From Dehalococcoidia bacterium (lineage in GTDB: Bacteria; Chloroflexota; Dehalococcoidia; UBA6926), in NCBI GenBank assembly GCA_009841045.1, contig VXMO01000043.1, positions 58,670 to 122,669 of the forward strand: 64,000 bases of DNA. Reading direction: 5' to 3'. The notes beneath the pieces are model-generated. The model saw only the letters and a list, made by a program, of their open reading frames with translations. It did not search any database and had not been told where the DNA came from. Position 1 is the stretch's first letter. Each line of letters starts with the position of its first letter. The position numbers and the translations under genes are program-made. Positions 51,127-61,859 of the stretch are shown here, in pieces.

Positions 51127-51357
51127 TCAGGAGGCTTCGCGCTTGATTTCCAGGCTCTCGCCAGGGGCGAGCGCAACGCGCTTGACGGTGAGATTCATCT
51201 TGAGGAGCCAGTACCAGAGAGTCCCCTTGCTGATGCCGAGTTCCTCGGACATGCCCGGCAATCCAAGTTCGTTGTACATTTCAGGCAAAAGCCGCTCAAG
51301 GGGGCGCCCATAGCGCTCCTCAACCTGCTTCATCAACTTGGTTTTTCCGCGTGCCAT
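51127..51357 (-). CDS. Small HTH DNA-binding protein (sigma-70 region-4 / YlxM-like)
   Basis: 76 aa. HTH-like segment MSEELGISKGTLWYWLLKMN. Confidence 0.35.
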   Translation of the reverse strand: MARGKTKLMKQVEERYGRPLERLLPEMYNELGLPGMSEELGISKGTLWYWLLKMNLTVKRVALAPGESLEIKREAS

Positions 51358-51575
51358 ACTGCCTCCGGAGCGTGGCTAGTCTATTCGCGCGGGAGCGGAA
51401 ATGTCAAGTATTCTAAGACCGGTTTCAAACCTGGTCTAAAGACTTGACAGATAGATCGCAACGTCAGTAGGATTTTTGCGTGATGATTGGCGACGGCTAT
51501 GGCTATTACTACTTTAGCTACCCCCCGCGGGGTGGGTTACCGACGTCTTTCGTCTGAATTGACACGCATAGTAAA

Positions 51576-51604
51576 GAAAGAGGCAAAGCCCCCCCGCATC
51601 AGTC
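51576..51604. promoter_or_regulatory. Strong 11-bp-stem hairpin in the DAHP-synthase 5' leader
   Basis: AAGCCCCCCCG-catcagt-CGGGGGGGCTT, 70 nt upstream of the DAHP synthase ATG. A TTGACA-N18-TAGGAT promoter-like pair lies at 51440-51469. Confidence 0.3.
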
Positions 51605-51675
51605 GGGGGGGCTTTCCATATATTCAGGAGTGGTAGATAGAACAAAGGCCTCATGGCCGGAGGAAAGCGCACGCT

Positions 51676-52698
51676 ATGATTGTCGTAATGCGAAGCGACG
51701 CAACTCAGGAAAACGTGGATGGCGTCGTCGAGAAGATTCAGGAACTTGGCTATCGGGCAGACGTGGAGCCCGGCGAGTTCACCAGTGTCGTTGCCGTCAT
51801 CGGTGACACGACTGCAGGTGGCGATGACGTCCTAAGAATCCTGCCTGGTGTGGATCATGTTGTCCGCATCATGAAACCCTACAAGCATGTGAGCCGCGAT
51901 TTTCGAAAGCGGGACACCGTAATCGATTTACCCAACGGCGTGAAGATCGGGCCAAGCGCGCCTGTGGCCATGATGGTGGGACCGTGTGCGGTGGAGTCCG
52001 AGGAGCAGGTGCGGCAGGTTGCCGAAATGGACAAGAAACTCGGCTTCACTATTCTTCGTGGCGGCGCGTTCAAGCCACGTACCTCGCCCTATACATTCCA
52101 GGGGCTGGGTCTTGAGGGACTGCGCATCCTCAGAAATGTCGCAGATGAATACGGTCTGATGGTCATCACCGAGGTGATGTCTGAGATGGACGTGGAAATG
52201 TGCGAGGAGTATTCGGATATCCTCCAGATTGGTGCTCGCACCATGCACGCATTCCGGTTGCTCAAAACAGTCGGGCAGACGCGCAAGCCGGTCCTGCTGA
52301 AGCGCGGATTCCATGCCACCATCCGTGAGTGGCTCCTGAGCGCCGAGTACATCATCAGTGAGGGCAATTGGAACGTCATCATGTGTGAACGCGGCATCCG
52401 CAGCTTCGACGATGAATTCTCTCGCAACGTCCTTGATCTGACGGCCGTGCAGATTCTCAAGAAGGAGAGCCACCTCCCCGTCGTCGTTGATCCTAGTCAC
52501 GGCACGGGTGAACGTGATCTCGTTATGCCAATGGCAAAGGCTGCCATCGCAGCAGGGGCTGACGGGCTTATTATCGAAGCGCACCCAGACCCCACGACGG
52601 CGCTTTCCGATGGGGCGCAGTCACTGCCAGTGGATTGGCTGCCGGAGTTGCAGAAGCAGGTCCACGGTATTGCCAAGGCAATCGGACGGGAGGTCTAG
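51676..52698 (+). CDS. 3-deoxy-7-phosphoheptulonate (DAHP) synthase, type I-beta, with N-terminal ACT-like regulatory domain
   Basis: N-terminal ~75-aa ferredoxin-like domain followed by a KDO8PS/DAHPS-I-beta TIM barrel (IGPCAVESEEQ..., LRGGAFKPRTSPY, KRG). Architecture resembles the Thermotoga type. Confidence 0.9.
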   Translation: MIVVMRSDATQENVDGVVEKIQELGYRADVEPGEFTSVVAVIGDTTAGGDDVLRILPGVDHVVRIMKPYKHVSRDFRKRDTVIDLPNGVKIGPSAPVAMMVGPCAVESEEQVRQVAEMDKKLGFTILRGGAFKPRTSPYTFQGLGLEGLRILRNVADEYGLMVITEVMSEMDVEMCEEYSDILQIGARTMHAFRLLKTVGQTRKPVLLKRGFHATIREWLLSAEYIISEGNWNVIMCERGIRSFDDEFSRNVLDLTAVQILKKESHLPVVVDPSHGTGERDLVMPMAKAAIAAGADGLIIEAHPDPTTALSDGAQSLPVDWLPELQKQVHGIAKAIGREV

Positions 52699-52704
52699 GG
52701 CAAA

Positions 52705-52742
52705 GGAGTCTCAGCATTCTTCGCTGCGCTTGGAATGACATG
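52705..52742. repeat. S-type palindromic repeat unit, reverse orientation
   Basis: tctcagcattcttcgctgcgcttggaatgacatgg is the reverse complement of the S unit. Confidence 0.45.
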
Positions 52743-52791
52743 GCGCGGGGCATGACGTGAGAAGGCGGTGGTCAGTAGAATGCGTAGCAAC

Positions 52792-52877
52792 GGCAGGATG
52801 GCGGAGTGGACAAACGCACCAGGCTGTAAACTTGGCGCCCTAGGGCTACGGGGGTTCGAATCCCTCTCCTGCCACCA
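52792..52877 (+). tRNA. tRNA-Tyr (anticodon GUA), long variable arm
   Basis: Acceptor GGCAGGA/TCCTGCC; anticodon stem CCAGG/CTTGG with loop CTGTAAA; 14-nt variable arm; T-loop TTCGAAT; CCA encoded. Confidence 0.85.
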
Positions 52878-52914
52878 CTCCGCCCGTACCTCGTAACGCC
52901 TGTGAGGCCGTGTA

Positions 52915-54951
52915 ATGTTGTTTGAGATTTCAGGCGACCTGCTCCAGCGACACCCAACGTATGTTGTAGGCGTCGTATTCGTGCAGAACGCGACCAAGCC
53001 TTCTCCTGAAAACGTCGGCAAACTCCAACGCACGCTGCAAGAGGAAGTACAGACTGTTCCGTGGAAGCTTGGCGGAGCTGGATTGCATGGCCACTCGGCA
53101 ATTACGCGATGGGAGCAGGCGTTTGAGGCAGAAGGAATCAACCCTCGAACCTATGTGCCGTCGGTCGCCGCCCTTGCACAGCGGTGCCTCCGCGGTGACT
53201 ACATTCGTTCAATCAACCCTGCGGCCGATATCGCCAACCTCATCTCCATGAGACACCTCGTGCCGGTCGGCGCGCACGATGTAGATCGACTGCCCGGAGA
53301 TATCACCGTGCGCCTGAGCCGTGAGGGGGACGCGTTCACGGCTTCCACCGCTGACGAGAAGGAACTGCCAATCGGCGAGCCGGTATACGCGACGGGCGAC
53401 GATATTCGGACCCGTCGCTGGGTGTGGCGACAGGCTGAAACAGCCATGACAATGCCGGAGAGCCGCACGATTGTCTTTCCCGTCGATGGGTTCATGGATG
53501 CGACCGCTGACCGCGTAGAGGCGGCGACGCGGGAACTGGCCCTGTTAGCCAAGGCGACACTTGGCGGAGATGTGTCCTACGGCTATGTGAACGCCGACAA
53601 GCCTTCCCTTTCTGGGGATGATGTCTCGCTGACCCAAGTGGATGACATTGAGGCGGCCACTGCCCCGCTGCTTTCTCTGGACTCACCGGATGAAAGCGCT
53701 GAAACATACCCGTCCCCGCCGGCGGATGAGGCACTCGCCGGATGGTCATTGTCAGACCTACTCCGTCGCGGAATTCTGGACAGCGTAATCGTCGAGGAGG
53801 AATTGCAGGAAGCGCTCGACTCTGGACGGCGACTGACCATCTACGAGGGTTTTGACCCCACAAGCACAAGCCTGCATATCGGCCACTATCTTTCCTTGCG
53901 TGTGCTTCGGTGGTTCCAGCTGCAGGGGCACCGCGTGATCATGCTGTTCGGTGACTTCACCGCCCGCATCGGAGACCCCACCGGCCAGTCCGCTGAACGC
54001 TTGCAGCTAACGCAGGATCAGGTAGTCGCCAACGCGCAGACGTGGCGAAATCAGATCTCTCGCGTGCTTGACCTTGGAGGCGACAACCCCATCGAAATCA
54101 AGTGGAACGGAGAGTGGCTGGATAGTCTCACGCTGCGGGACATGATCGAGATTGCCGCAAACGTAACGGTGCAGCAACTCATTGAACGGGACATGTTCCA
54201 GGAACGCCTCTCGCAGCAACGCCCGCTCCACCTGCATGAGACCCTTTACCCGCTGCTGCAGGGCTACGACTCTGTTGCAATGAGTGTGGATGCGGAGCTT
54301 GGCGGCCGGGACCAGATGTTCAATATGATGGTCGGGCGAGACCTCGTGCGGAATTACAACGGCAAGACCAAACACGTGCTGATGACACCCCTCATCCCGG
54401 GCCTTGATGGTCGCAAGATGAGCAAGTCGTATGGGAACACCGTTGATCTCACTGAGAATCCCGTTGATATGTTCTTCAAGCTGACACAGGTCAGTGATGA
54501 ATTGCTGCCGATGTTCATGAGCGTCCTGACGGACACGCCGGACGACGAGATCGACGGGGTTCGCCTCCGCCTGTCAACGGAGTCCAATCTGCAGAACGCC
54601 CGAGAGCGCTTTGCATGGGCCGTCACAGAGCGCCTGCACGGCACCGATGAGGCGCAGCGGGCTCAGAAAGAGTTCACGCGTGTCGTGGATGAAGGCAGCA
54701 TGCGGCAGGACGTGGAGGAGGTCTTCCTGAAGCCTCGGGCAGAGCCTCTGACGATTCTTGACGTTGCGGTTGCGACGGGTCTGGCAACAAGCCGCAGCGA
54801 CGCCCGCCGCCTCATCCAGCAGGGTGGCCTTGAAATCAATGACCAGCGCCATACCGAGCCCACGCTGCAGCTCTCGCCGGAGGACGTGGAGGGTGCAATT
54901 ATCAAGATGGGCAAGCGTGGATTCGTGCGGATGAAGGTGGAGCGAGCATGA
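52915..54951 (+). CDS. tyrS: Tyrosyl-tRNA synthetase with N-terminal B3/4-domain extension (678 aa)
   Basis: Residues ~290-678 are a complete TyrRS (HIGH = HIGH at FDPTSTSLHIGHY; KMSKS = KMSKS; C-terminal S4 domain). Residues ~1-230 align to the PheT B3/4 domain (INPAADIANLISMRHLVPVGAHDVDRLPGDITVRLSREGDAFTA...). A single uninterrupted frame. Confidence 0.85.
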   Translation: MLFEISGDLLQRHPTYVVGVVFVQNATKPSPENVGKLQRTLQEEVQTVPWKLGGAGLHGHSAITRWEQAFEAEGINPRTYVPSVAALAQRCLRGDYIRSINPAADIANLISMRHLVPVGAHDVDRLPGDITVRLSREGDAFTASTADEKELPIGEPVYATGDDIRTRRWVWRQAETAMTMPESRTIVFPVDGFMDATADRVEAATRELALLAKATLGGDVSYGYVNADKPSLSGDDVSLTQVDDIEAATAPLLSLDSPDESAETYPSPPADEALAGWSLSDLLRRGILDSVIVEEELQEALDSGRRLTIYEGFDPTSTSLHIGHYLSLRVLRWFQLQGHRVIMLFGDFTARIGDPTGQSAERLQLTQDQVVANAQTWRNQISRVLDLGGDNPIEIKWNGEWLDSLTLRDMIEIAANVTVQQLIERDMFQERLSQQRPLHLHETLYPLLQGYDSVAMSVDAELGGRDQMFNMMVGRDLVRNYNGKTKHVLMTPLIPGLDGRKMSKSYGNTVDLTENPVDMFFKLTQVSDELLPMFMSVLTDTPDDEIDGVRLRLSTESNLQNARERFAWAVTERLHGTDEAQRAQKEFTRVVDEGSMRQDVEEVFLKPRAEPLTILDVAVATGLATSRSDARRLIQQGGLEINDQRHTEPTLQLSPEDVEGAIIKMGKRGFVRMKVERA

Positions 54952-55829
54952 ACTTCGACAGACCGACTGTGGGATTTCTCCAGCCGGAGGCCACCTTCAC
55001 GCACCTTGCGGCCATTGCCCACTTCGGCCGGGATGCCACTTTCGAACCGATGGAATCAGAGGCAATCTGCCAAGCCGTTCAGCAGGGTGAGATCGAATAC
55101 GGTGTGCTGCCGATTGAGAACCTGCTTGAAGGAACCGTGGGAGCGACGCTGGACTTCGTGACAGCGACAGAGGGTATCAACGTCATTGCTGAAGTCTTCT
55201 TGCCTATTCACCACCACCTCCTGACCAAGACGACACTGGAGCAGGTGACGCGCATCTACTCTCATCCGCAGGCACTTAGCCAATGCAGACGGAGTATCCA
55301 GCGCTTATCTGAGGAGTTGGGGCGTGAAATCGAGGTCATTGAAGAATCCAGCACGGCGCGTGGAGCGCAGATAGCCGCAGCGTCTGAAGACCCCGGGGCC
55401 GCGGGATTTGGGAATGTAGTTTGCGGCATTTTATAGAGTGTGTATGGTGTAAGCGTGGAAGAGGGGGGGGGCGCGGGGCATGAGGCACGGAGGTGTGTGC
55501 TGAGTAAGGACAGATTCCCCGAGACTACGGGTGGGGACAAAACGACAATCCTGTTCGACCTCGAGAATCAACCCGGCGCGTTGGTCAAGGTCCTTAGCCT
55601 GTTCTCATCACGCGGATTGAACGCAACGATGCTGCAGTCGCGGCCATCCCGCCTTGATCCGGGGGCAGGCCTGTGGGAATACACCTTCATCGCGGAGTAT
55701 TTGGGACACATACGTGACCAAGGCTTGGCGGAGGCTTACGCTGAAGTTGAGGCCGGGCTGGGCACACTCTGTAAGCGAATCCGTTTGTTGGGTTCATACC
55801 CACGGAGTTCTATGGGTGAGAACGACTAA
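54948..55829 (+). pseudogene. pheA: Prephenate dehydratase (PDT + ACT domains) interrupted by one in-frame TAG
   Basis: PDT domain at 54948-55433 and ACT domain at 55440-55829 are in the same frame, separated only by TAG at 55434-55436. Conservation continues across the stop (..CGIL*SVYGVSV..ARRCVLS.. corresponds to ..ELYGL.IL....NxTRFxVLS). A G10 homopolymer lies 25 nt downstream. Confidence 0.7.
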
Positions 55830-55844
55830 ACACGTACAATTGAA

Positions 55845-57350
55845 TTGGCCGGTCTACGGCTCCTGAATAGTGCGCGGGGGAGAATCGTGACATCATCAGT
55901 CGGCAAAGTTGTCTATGGTGGAAAGGTCTTGGAAGTCCAGGTGCCGCCTCGGTCGCTTGACCTTTTGGCTCCATTCGTCAGTAAGAAGCGCCGGTCTGCA
56001 ATTGCGGAGGCGGCGCAGACGGTCAGCCAAGCCCTTCATGGCCGGACCGTCATCAACATAAACTCCACGGCCAGGGGTGGCGGCGTAGCAGAACTCGTGC
56101 AGGGACTATGCGGTTATGCAAAGGGTGCAGGTGTCGATTCGCGCTGGCTGGTTATCGACGGTGATAGCGAGTTCTTTCGCATAACCAAGCGCATCCACAA
56201 CAATCTGCATAGAGAGGTAGGCGACGGCGGCCCGCTGGGCAAGGCAGAGCGCGCGCACTATGAGCAAGTGCTGGCTCAAAACGCAGCCGCCATAACAGCG
56301 CAGGTGCGAACGGGAGACATCGTCATCCTGCACGATCCCCAAACAGCAGGCATGACCGAGGCAATGCTTCAAGCAGGCGCACGCGTCATCTGGCGGTCCC
56401 ACATCGGTCACGAACATCATGGGGAACTTGTGACCGGAGCTTGGGAGTTTCTCCGCCCCTATGTGCAACAGGCAGATATGTGCATATTTAGCTTGGCGGA
56501 ATACGCGCCTGCATGGCTTGATTCGGCTGCTATCCGCATCATCAATCCATCCATCGATCCGGCGAGTTCAAAGAATACGGATATCAGCGATACGGCAGCG
56601 GACATTCTTGTAACTGTCGGTCTCCTCGATGCCTCAACTCCCTCCACGCCACCGCGCTTTTGGCGAGACGATGGTACGTCCGGGCCAATTCTCCATCGCG
56701 TCGGGATCGTGACAGAGGGCGTCCTTCCACGCCCGGAGGACCCGATCGTCACGCAGGTTGCCCGTTGGGACAAGCTCAAGGATATGGCGGGAGTGATGCG
56801 CTCGTTCGCACAGATGACGGACGCCCCACCCAACGCCCACCTTTGGCTCGTTGGACCGGCGGCGAGTGGCGTAGCGGACGACCCTGAGGCACATCGCGTG
56901 TTCGAGGACTGCTCTGCCGAGTGGAGGACTCTGCCGGAAGACATTCGACGACGAGTTCACTTGGTAAACGTGCCGATGGACGACCGCGAGGAAAACGCAG
57001 CGGTCATCAACGCGATTCAGAGCCACGCCACGGTCGTCGTTCAGAAGAGTCTCGCAGAAGGCTTCGGTCTGACGGTGACCGAGGCGATGTGGAAAGGGAA
57101 GCCCGTCGTAGCAAGCGCAGTCGGCGGCATCCGTCAACAGATCGTCGACGGCCAATCGGGCATCCTCTTGCCCGATCCCTCGGATGAGGCAGCGTGCGGT
57201 CAGGCGATCAGGAATCTTCTTGCTAATCCGGCGTGGGCAACCGAGTTGGGCGCCACGGCAAGGGAACGGGCCCGGGAACTATTCCTGCCAGATCGGCATC
57301 TTCTCCAATACGCAGAACTCATCCTTGACACTATGCCAGAGGCGGCATAG
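55845..57350 (+). CDS. GT4 glycosyltransferase, trehalose-synthase (TreT)-like
   Basis: N-terminal NINSTARGGGVAE...RWLVIDGDSEFFRITKRIHN and C-terminal GT-B motif (EGFGLTVTEAMWKGKPVVASAVGGI) resemble trehalose glycosyltransferring synthase. Confidence 0.6.
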   Translation: MAGLRLLNSARGRIVTSSVGKVVYGGKVLEVQVPPRSLDLLAPFVSKKRRSAIAEAAQTVSQALHGRTVININSTARGGGVAELVQGLCGYAKGAGVDSRWLVIDGDSEFFRITKRIHNNLHREVGDGGPLGKAERAHYEQVLAQNAAAITAQVRTGDIVILHDPQTAGMTEAMLQAGARVIWRSHIGHEHHGELVTGAWEFLRPYVQQADMCIFSLAEYAPAWLDSAAIRIINPSIDPASSKNTDISDTAADILVTVGLLDASTPSTPPRFWRDDGTSGPILHRVGIVTEGVLPRPEDPIVTQVARWDKLKDMAGVMRSFAQMTDAPPNAHLWLVGPAASGVADDPEAHRVFEDCSAEWRTLPEDIRRRVHLVNVPMDDREENAAVINAIQSHATVVVQKSLAEGFGLTVTEAMWKGKPVVASAVGGIRQQIVDGQSGILLPDPSDEAACGQAIRNLLANPAWATELGATARERARELFLPDRHLLQYAELILDTMPEAA

Positions 57351-57367
57351 CCAGACGCGTCATTCCT

Positions 57368-58435
57368 TCAGGTTGACAACACCCGCGCTAACTCGTCGCG
57401 GGCAAACCGCGGAACATTAACTCCCTGCGGGCGCGGCACAGCGAGACCGATCTGCGTCGCGCGTATGGACGCGCCCTCAAGGGCCGCGATAACGGCAGTT
57501 GCATCGTCGGGAGCAACTGCAAGTAACAGCCCACCCGCAGCAATCAACCCAAGCGGGTCAACACTAAGCGCCCTGCAAATCTCTGTCGCCTCAGGCGAGG
57601 TCATGGCCTCCATGGCATCCGCATCGATATCCAGTCCAACATCTGATGCGTCCGCCATCTCGTGTAGCGCCGTTGCAATGCCACCCTCAGTTGGATCATG
57701 CATGGCGTGGATGGGAACTGTCTTAAGAGCGATATGGGAATCATGGACAACACTGATACCGGGATCATGCAGAAAATCGGCTCCGTGCCGAATGGTCTCA
57801 TCGGAAACCCCAGCGGCGCGCAGCCGATCAGCAACTTCAATTGCCAGGATGGCCGTGCCCTCGATGCCGACACCCTTGGAGAGGACAATCGCATCGCCCT
57901 CCTGAACACCGGATGTTGGCGTTTGTTTGCCTCTAGCAACTTCGCCGATCATCGTGCCAATGGCGATTGGGCGGTCAATGCCGTACGTCACCTCAGTGTG
58001 CCCGCCCACAAGCGTCACCCCGATCTCCGCGCAGGCGTCCAACGTCTGCCGCATGATGTCTTTGGCAAGCTGCGGAGGCGACCCATCCGGCAGGATGACA
58101 GTCATTACCATCCATCTCGGCGTCCCGCCAGTGGCGGCGATATCGTTGGCGTTAACGTGCACTGCGTACCATCCCAGCTGTTCCGCGGCGAAAGTGATGG
58201 GATCTGAGCTAACGACGAGATAGTTCTCCCCGCCGCTATCGATCAGCGCCGCGTCCTCCCCCATGCGCGGCCCAAGTATGACGCTGGGGTCCCCGATATT
58301 GGCCTGCTCAAGCAGTTGGCCAAGGAGATCAGGCGGAAGCTTGCCAACACGAAGAGGGCCGTTCTGTGCGTCTGTCATAAAGCCATTATCCCTGCTTGGG
58401 ATGCATCGAGGAGCGCTGGATGCCCTAAGTTTCAT
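57368..58435 (-). CDS. AIR-synthase-related (PurM-like) protein, HypE/ThiL-like
   Basis: PurM N-terminal (GEDAALID...VVSSDPITF...NDIAATGGTP) and C-terminal domains. Lacks the SelD Cys/Sec motif. Confidence 0.5.
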   Translation of the reverse strand: MKLRASSAPRCIPSRDNGFMTDAQNGPLRVGKLPPDLLGQLLEQANIGDPSVILGPRMGEDAALIDSGGENYLVVSSDPITFAAEQLGWYAVHVNANDIAATGGTPRWMVMTVILPDGSPPQLAKDIMRQTLDACAEIGVTLVGGHTEVTYGIDRPIAIGTMIGEVARGKQTPTSGVQEGDAIVLSKGVGIEGTAILAIEVADRLRAAGVSDETIRHGADFLHDPGISVVHDSHIALKTVPIHAMHDPTEGGIATALHEMADASDVGLDIDADAMEAMTSPEATEICRALSVDPLGLIAAGGLLLAVAPDDATAVIAALEGASIRATQIGLAVPRPQGVNVPRFARDELARVLST

Positions 58436-59087
58436 GGGCAAATGTCAGCGCGTAAACGTTGTTCGCGCCCCCATGCCGTAGCGCCCTGGCTGCTTCAGTG
58501 AGTGTCGCGCCTGTCGTCAAAACATCGTCGATGAGGAGGACATTGGCGCGTCGGATTTGTGCTGGATTTGGGACATGGAACGCGCCGCGCACATTGGCAG
58601 CACGTTCGGCTGCACTCATGGCTCGCGCTTGAACACCCGTCTCCCGCAGTCGGACAAGGGCTGAGATAGCTACGAGACCCGTCATCTGTGAGAGTTCCCG
58701 CGCCAGGAGTCCCGACTGGTCAAATCCCCGTTCCCTAAGCCGCGCGGGATGAACAGGAACGTGAACAATTACGTCAGTGGCCGGACCCCATTCGTGCAGC
58801 ACATCCCCCATCTCCAGTGCAAGAACCGGAGCGAGCGACCTGAGACCGTTGTACTTATAGTGTCGAACAATCTCACGGACGTTGCCTTCATACGGCCAGA
58901 CCGCCCGCGCCGCCCGGATACCGTTTAGCTTTGGAATGGCATCTGGATCAAGGCGAGGCGGCAACGAACGACGGCATGACTCGCAGACAAGATCGCCCTC
59001 CCGTCCACAAAGTACGCAGCGGGGCGGAAACAGAAGTCGCAGGGCCGAATCGGCAAAGTCGCGTAGTCGCATTCTCACTAATGGCAA
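58425..59087 (-). CDS. comF: ComF family protein (zinc finger + phosphoribosyltransferase domain)
   Basis: CxxC...CxxC N-terminus and PRTase motif VLLIDDVLTTGATL. Confidence 0.8.
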   Translation of the reverse strand: MPLVRMRLRDFADSALRLLFPPRCVLCGREGDLVCESCRRSLPPRLDPDAIPKLNGIRAARAVWPYEGNVREIVRHYKYNGLRSLAPVLALEMGDVLHEWGPATDVIVHVPVHPARLRERGFDQSGLLARELSQMTGLVAISALVRLRETGVQARAMSAAERAANVRGAFHVPNPAQIRRANVLLIDDVLTTGATLTEAARALRHGGANNVYALTFAHET

Positions 59088-59169
59088 TGAGCAATCTGAA
59101 TGGAGGAGATGCTCAATAGGCCTCCAATAGGAATCATGTTGACACTCGTAGGTAGGAATGGCAAAATCG

Positions 59170-59430
59170 ACACTGCTACGAAGGGGAGTAGTAGCGCAAG
59201 TCTAGCGGACAGCGAGCCGGGGATGGTGGAAGCCCGGTCGTGATGACCCGTGAACTCGCCCCGGAGCACCCGGAACGCGGTCTCCGTCATCAGGATGGAG
59301 ACATGTGGGTTTTGGCGGGGTCGCGCCCGAATAAACGCTAATGAGAGACTCGGCCACTGTGCCGGGTAAGGAGGGTGGTACCGCGGGACCGCGAAAGCTC
59401 CCGTCCCTTCACGGGACGGGTTTTTTGTTG
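59170..59430 (+). promoter_or_regulatory. T-box riboswitch leader with intrinsic terminator upstream of ilvBNC
   Basis: Conserved T-box sequence AGGGTGGTACCGCGG at 59372-59386, followed by terminator CCCGTCCC-TTCA-GGGACGGG + T6 (59400-59426). Stem-I-like hairpin with AGTA motif at 59186-59206. A TTGACA -35 sits at 59139. Confidence 0.6.
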
Positions 59431-59540
59431 GGATTGCGCAAGCGGTTTCAAGAAAACACCCACCCTGCCCTGCGCCCGTTAGGGTGAGGACACCACAAGA
59501 GAGTGAACAACGAGCTGGTAAGAGAGTAGTGAGGAGAACG

Positions 59541-61258
<1,718 letters not shown>

Positions 61259-61262
<4 letters not shown>

Positions 61263-61810
61263 CAATGCGCCGCGTCATCTCCGCGCTGGTGCATGACCGG
61301 CCGGGAGTACTCAACCGCGTGGCGAGCATGTTCAGGCGGCGCGGATTCAATATCGCCAGCCTGACTGTGGGGCATTCGGAGAAGCCTGAGTTCTCACGAA
61401 TGACCATCGTCGTGGACAATGTCCCGGAGTCCGCGCTGTGGCAGGTGACATCGCAGTTGTGGAACGTGGTGGACGTCGTTGAAGTGATGGATATCACAGA
61501 CGAGGACTACGTGGCGCGAGAGACTGCGCTAATCAAGGTACGGGCAAACCAGGAGAACCGTGGCCACATTGTCGAGATTCTAGATCTCTTCCGCGGCGCG
61601 GAGGTTGTGAGCGTCTCACCGAGCACGGTCATCCTCGAAATCACTGGGCCGACCGAGCAGGTTGAAAGCCTCTTGGCATTGCTTGAGCCATACGGGATTC
61701 TTGAACTCATGCGCACGGGTCTCGTGGCCCTGACTAAAGACGAAGAAGTTCCGCAAGACGGCGAATTCCGCGGCCCGGCGCTCGTGGGCGCGCCGTCTCA
61801 ACGGAGGTAA
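61259..61810 (+). CDS. ilvN: Acetolactate synthase small (regulatory) subunit
   Basis: ACT domain ([35 protein letters not shown]). ATGA overlap with the ilvB stop. Confidence 0.9.
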
Positions 61811-61859
61811 GGCCGACGACGGCTGCCGCATAAGAACAACACCAAGCAGGAAGGGCACG

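Noticed and set aside
52792-52877. Possible tRNA-Sec to go with the UGA-containing peroxiredoxin
   Set aside because: The anticodon is GUA (Tyr) with a 7-bp acceptor stem and a standard Tyr-type long variable arm. There is no UCA anticodon or 8-bp acceptor.
57368-58441. PurM-like protein as selenophosphate synthetase SelD (which would support the Sec-Prx)
   Set aside because: It lacks the SelD N-terminal Gly-rich Cys/Sec-Lys motif (GCGCK/GUGCK). Its sequence is closer to the HypE/ThiL-type AIR-synthase-related proteins.
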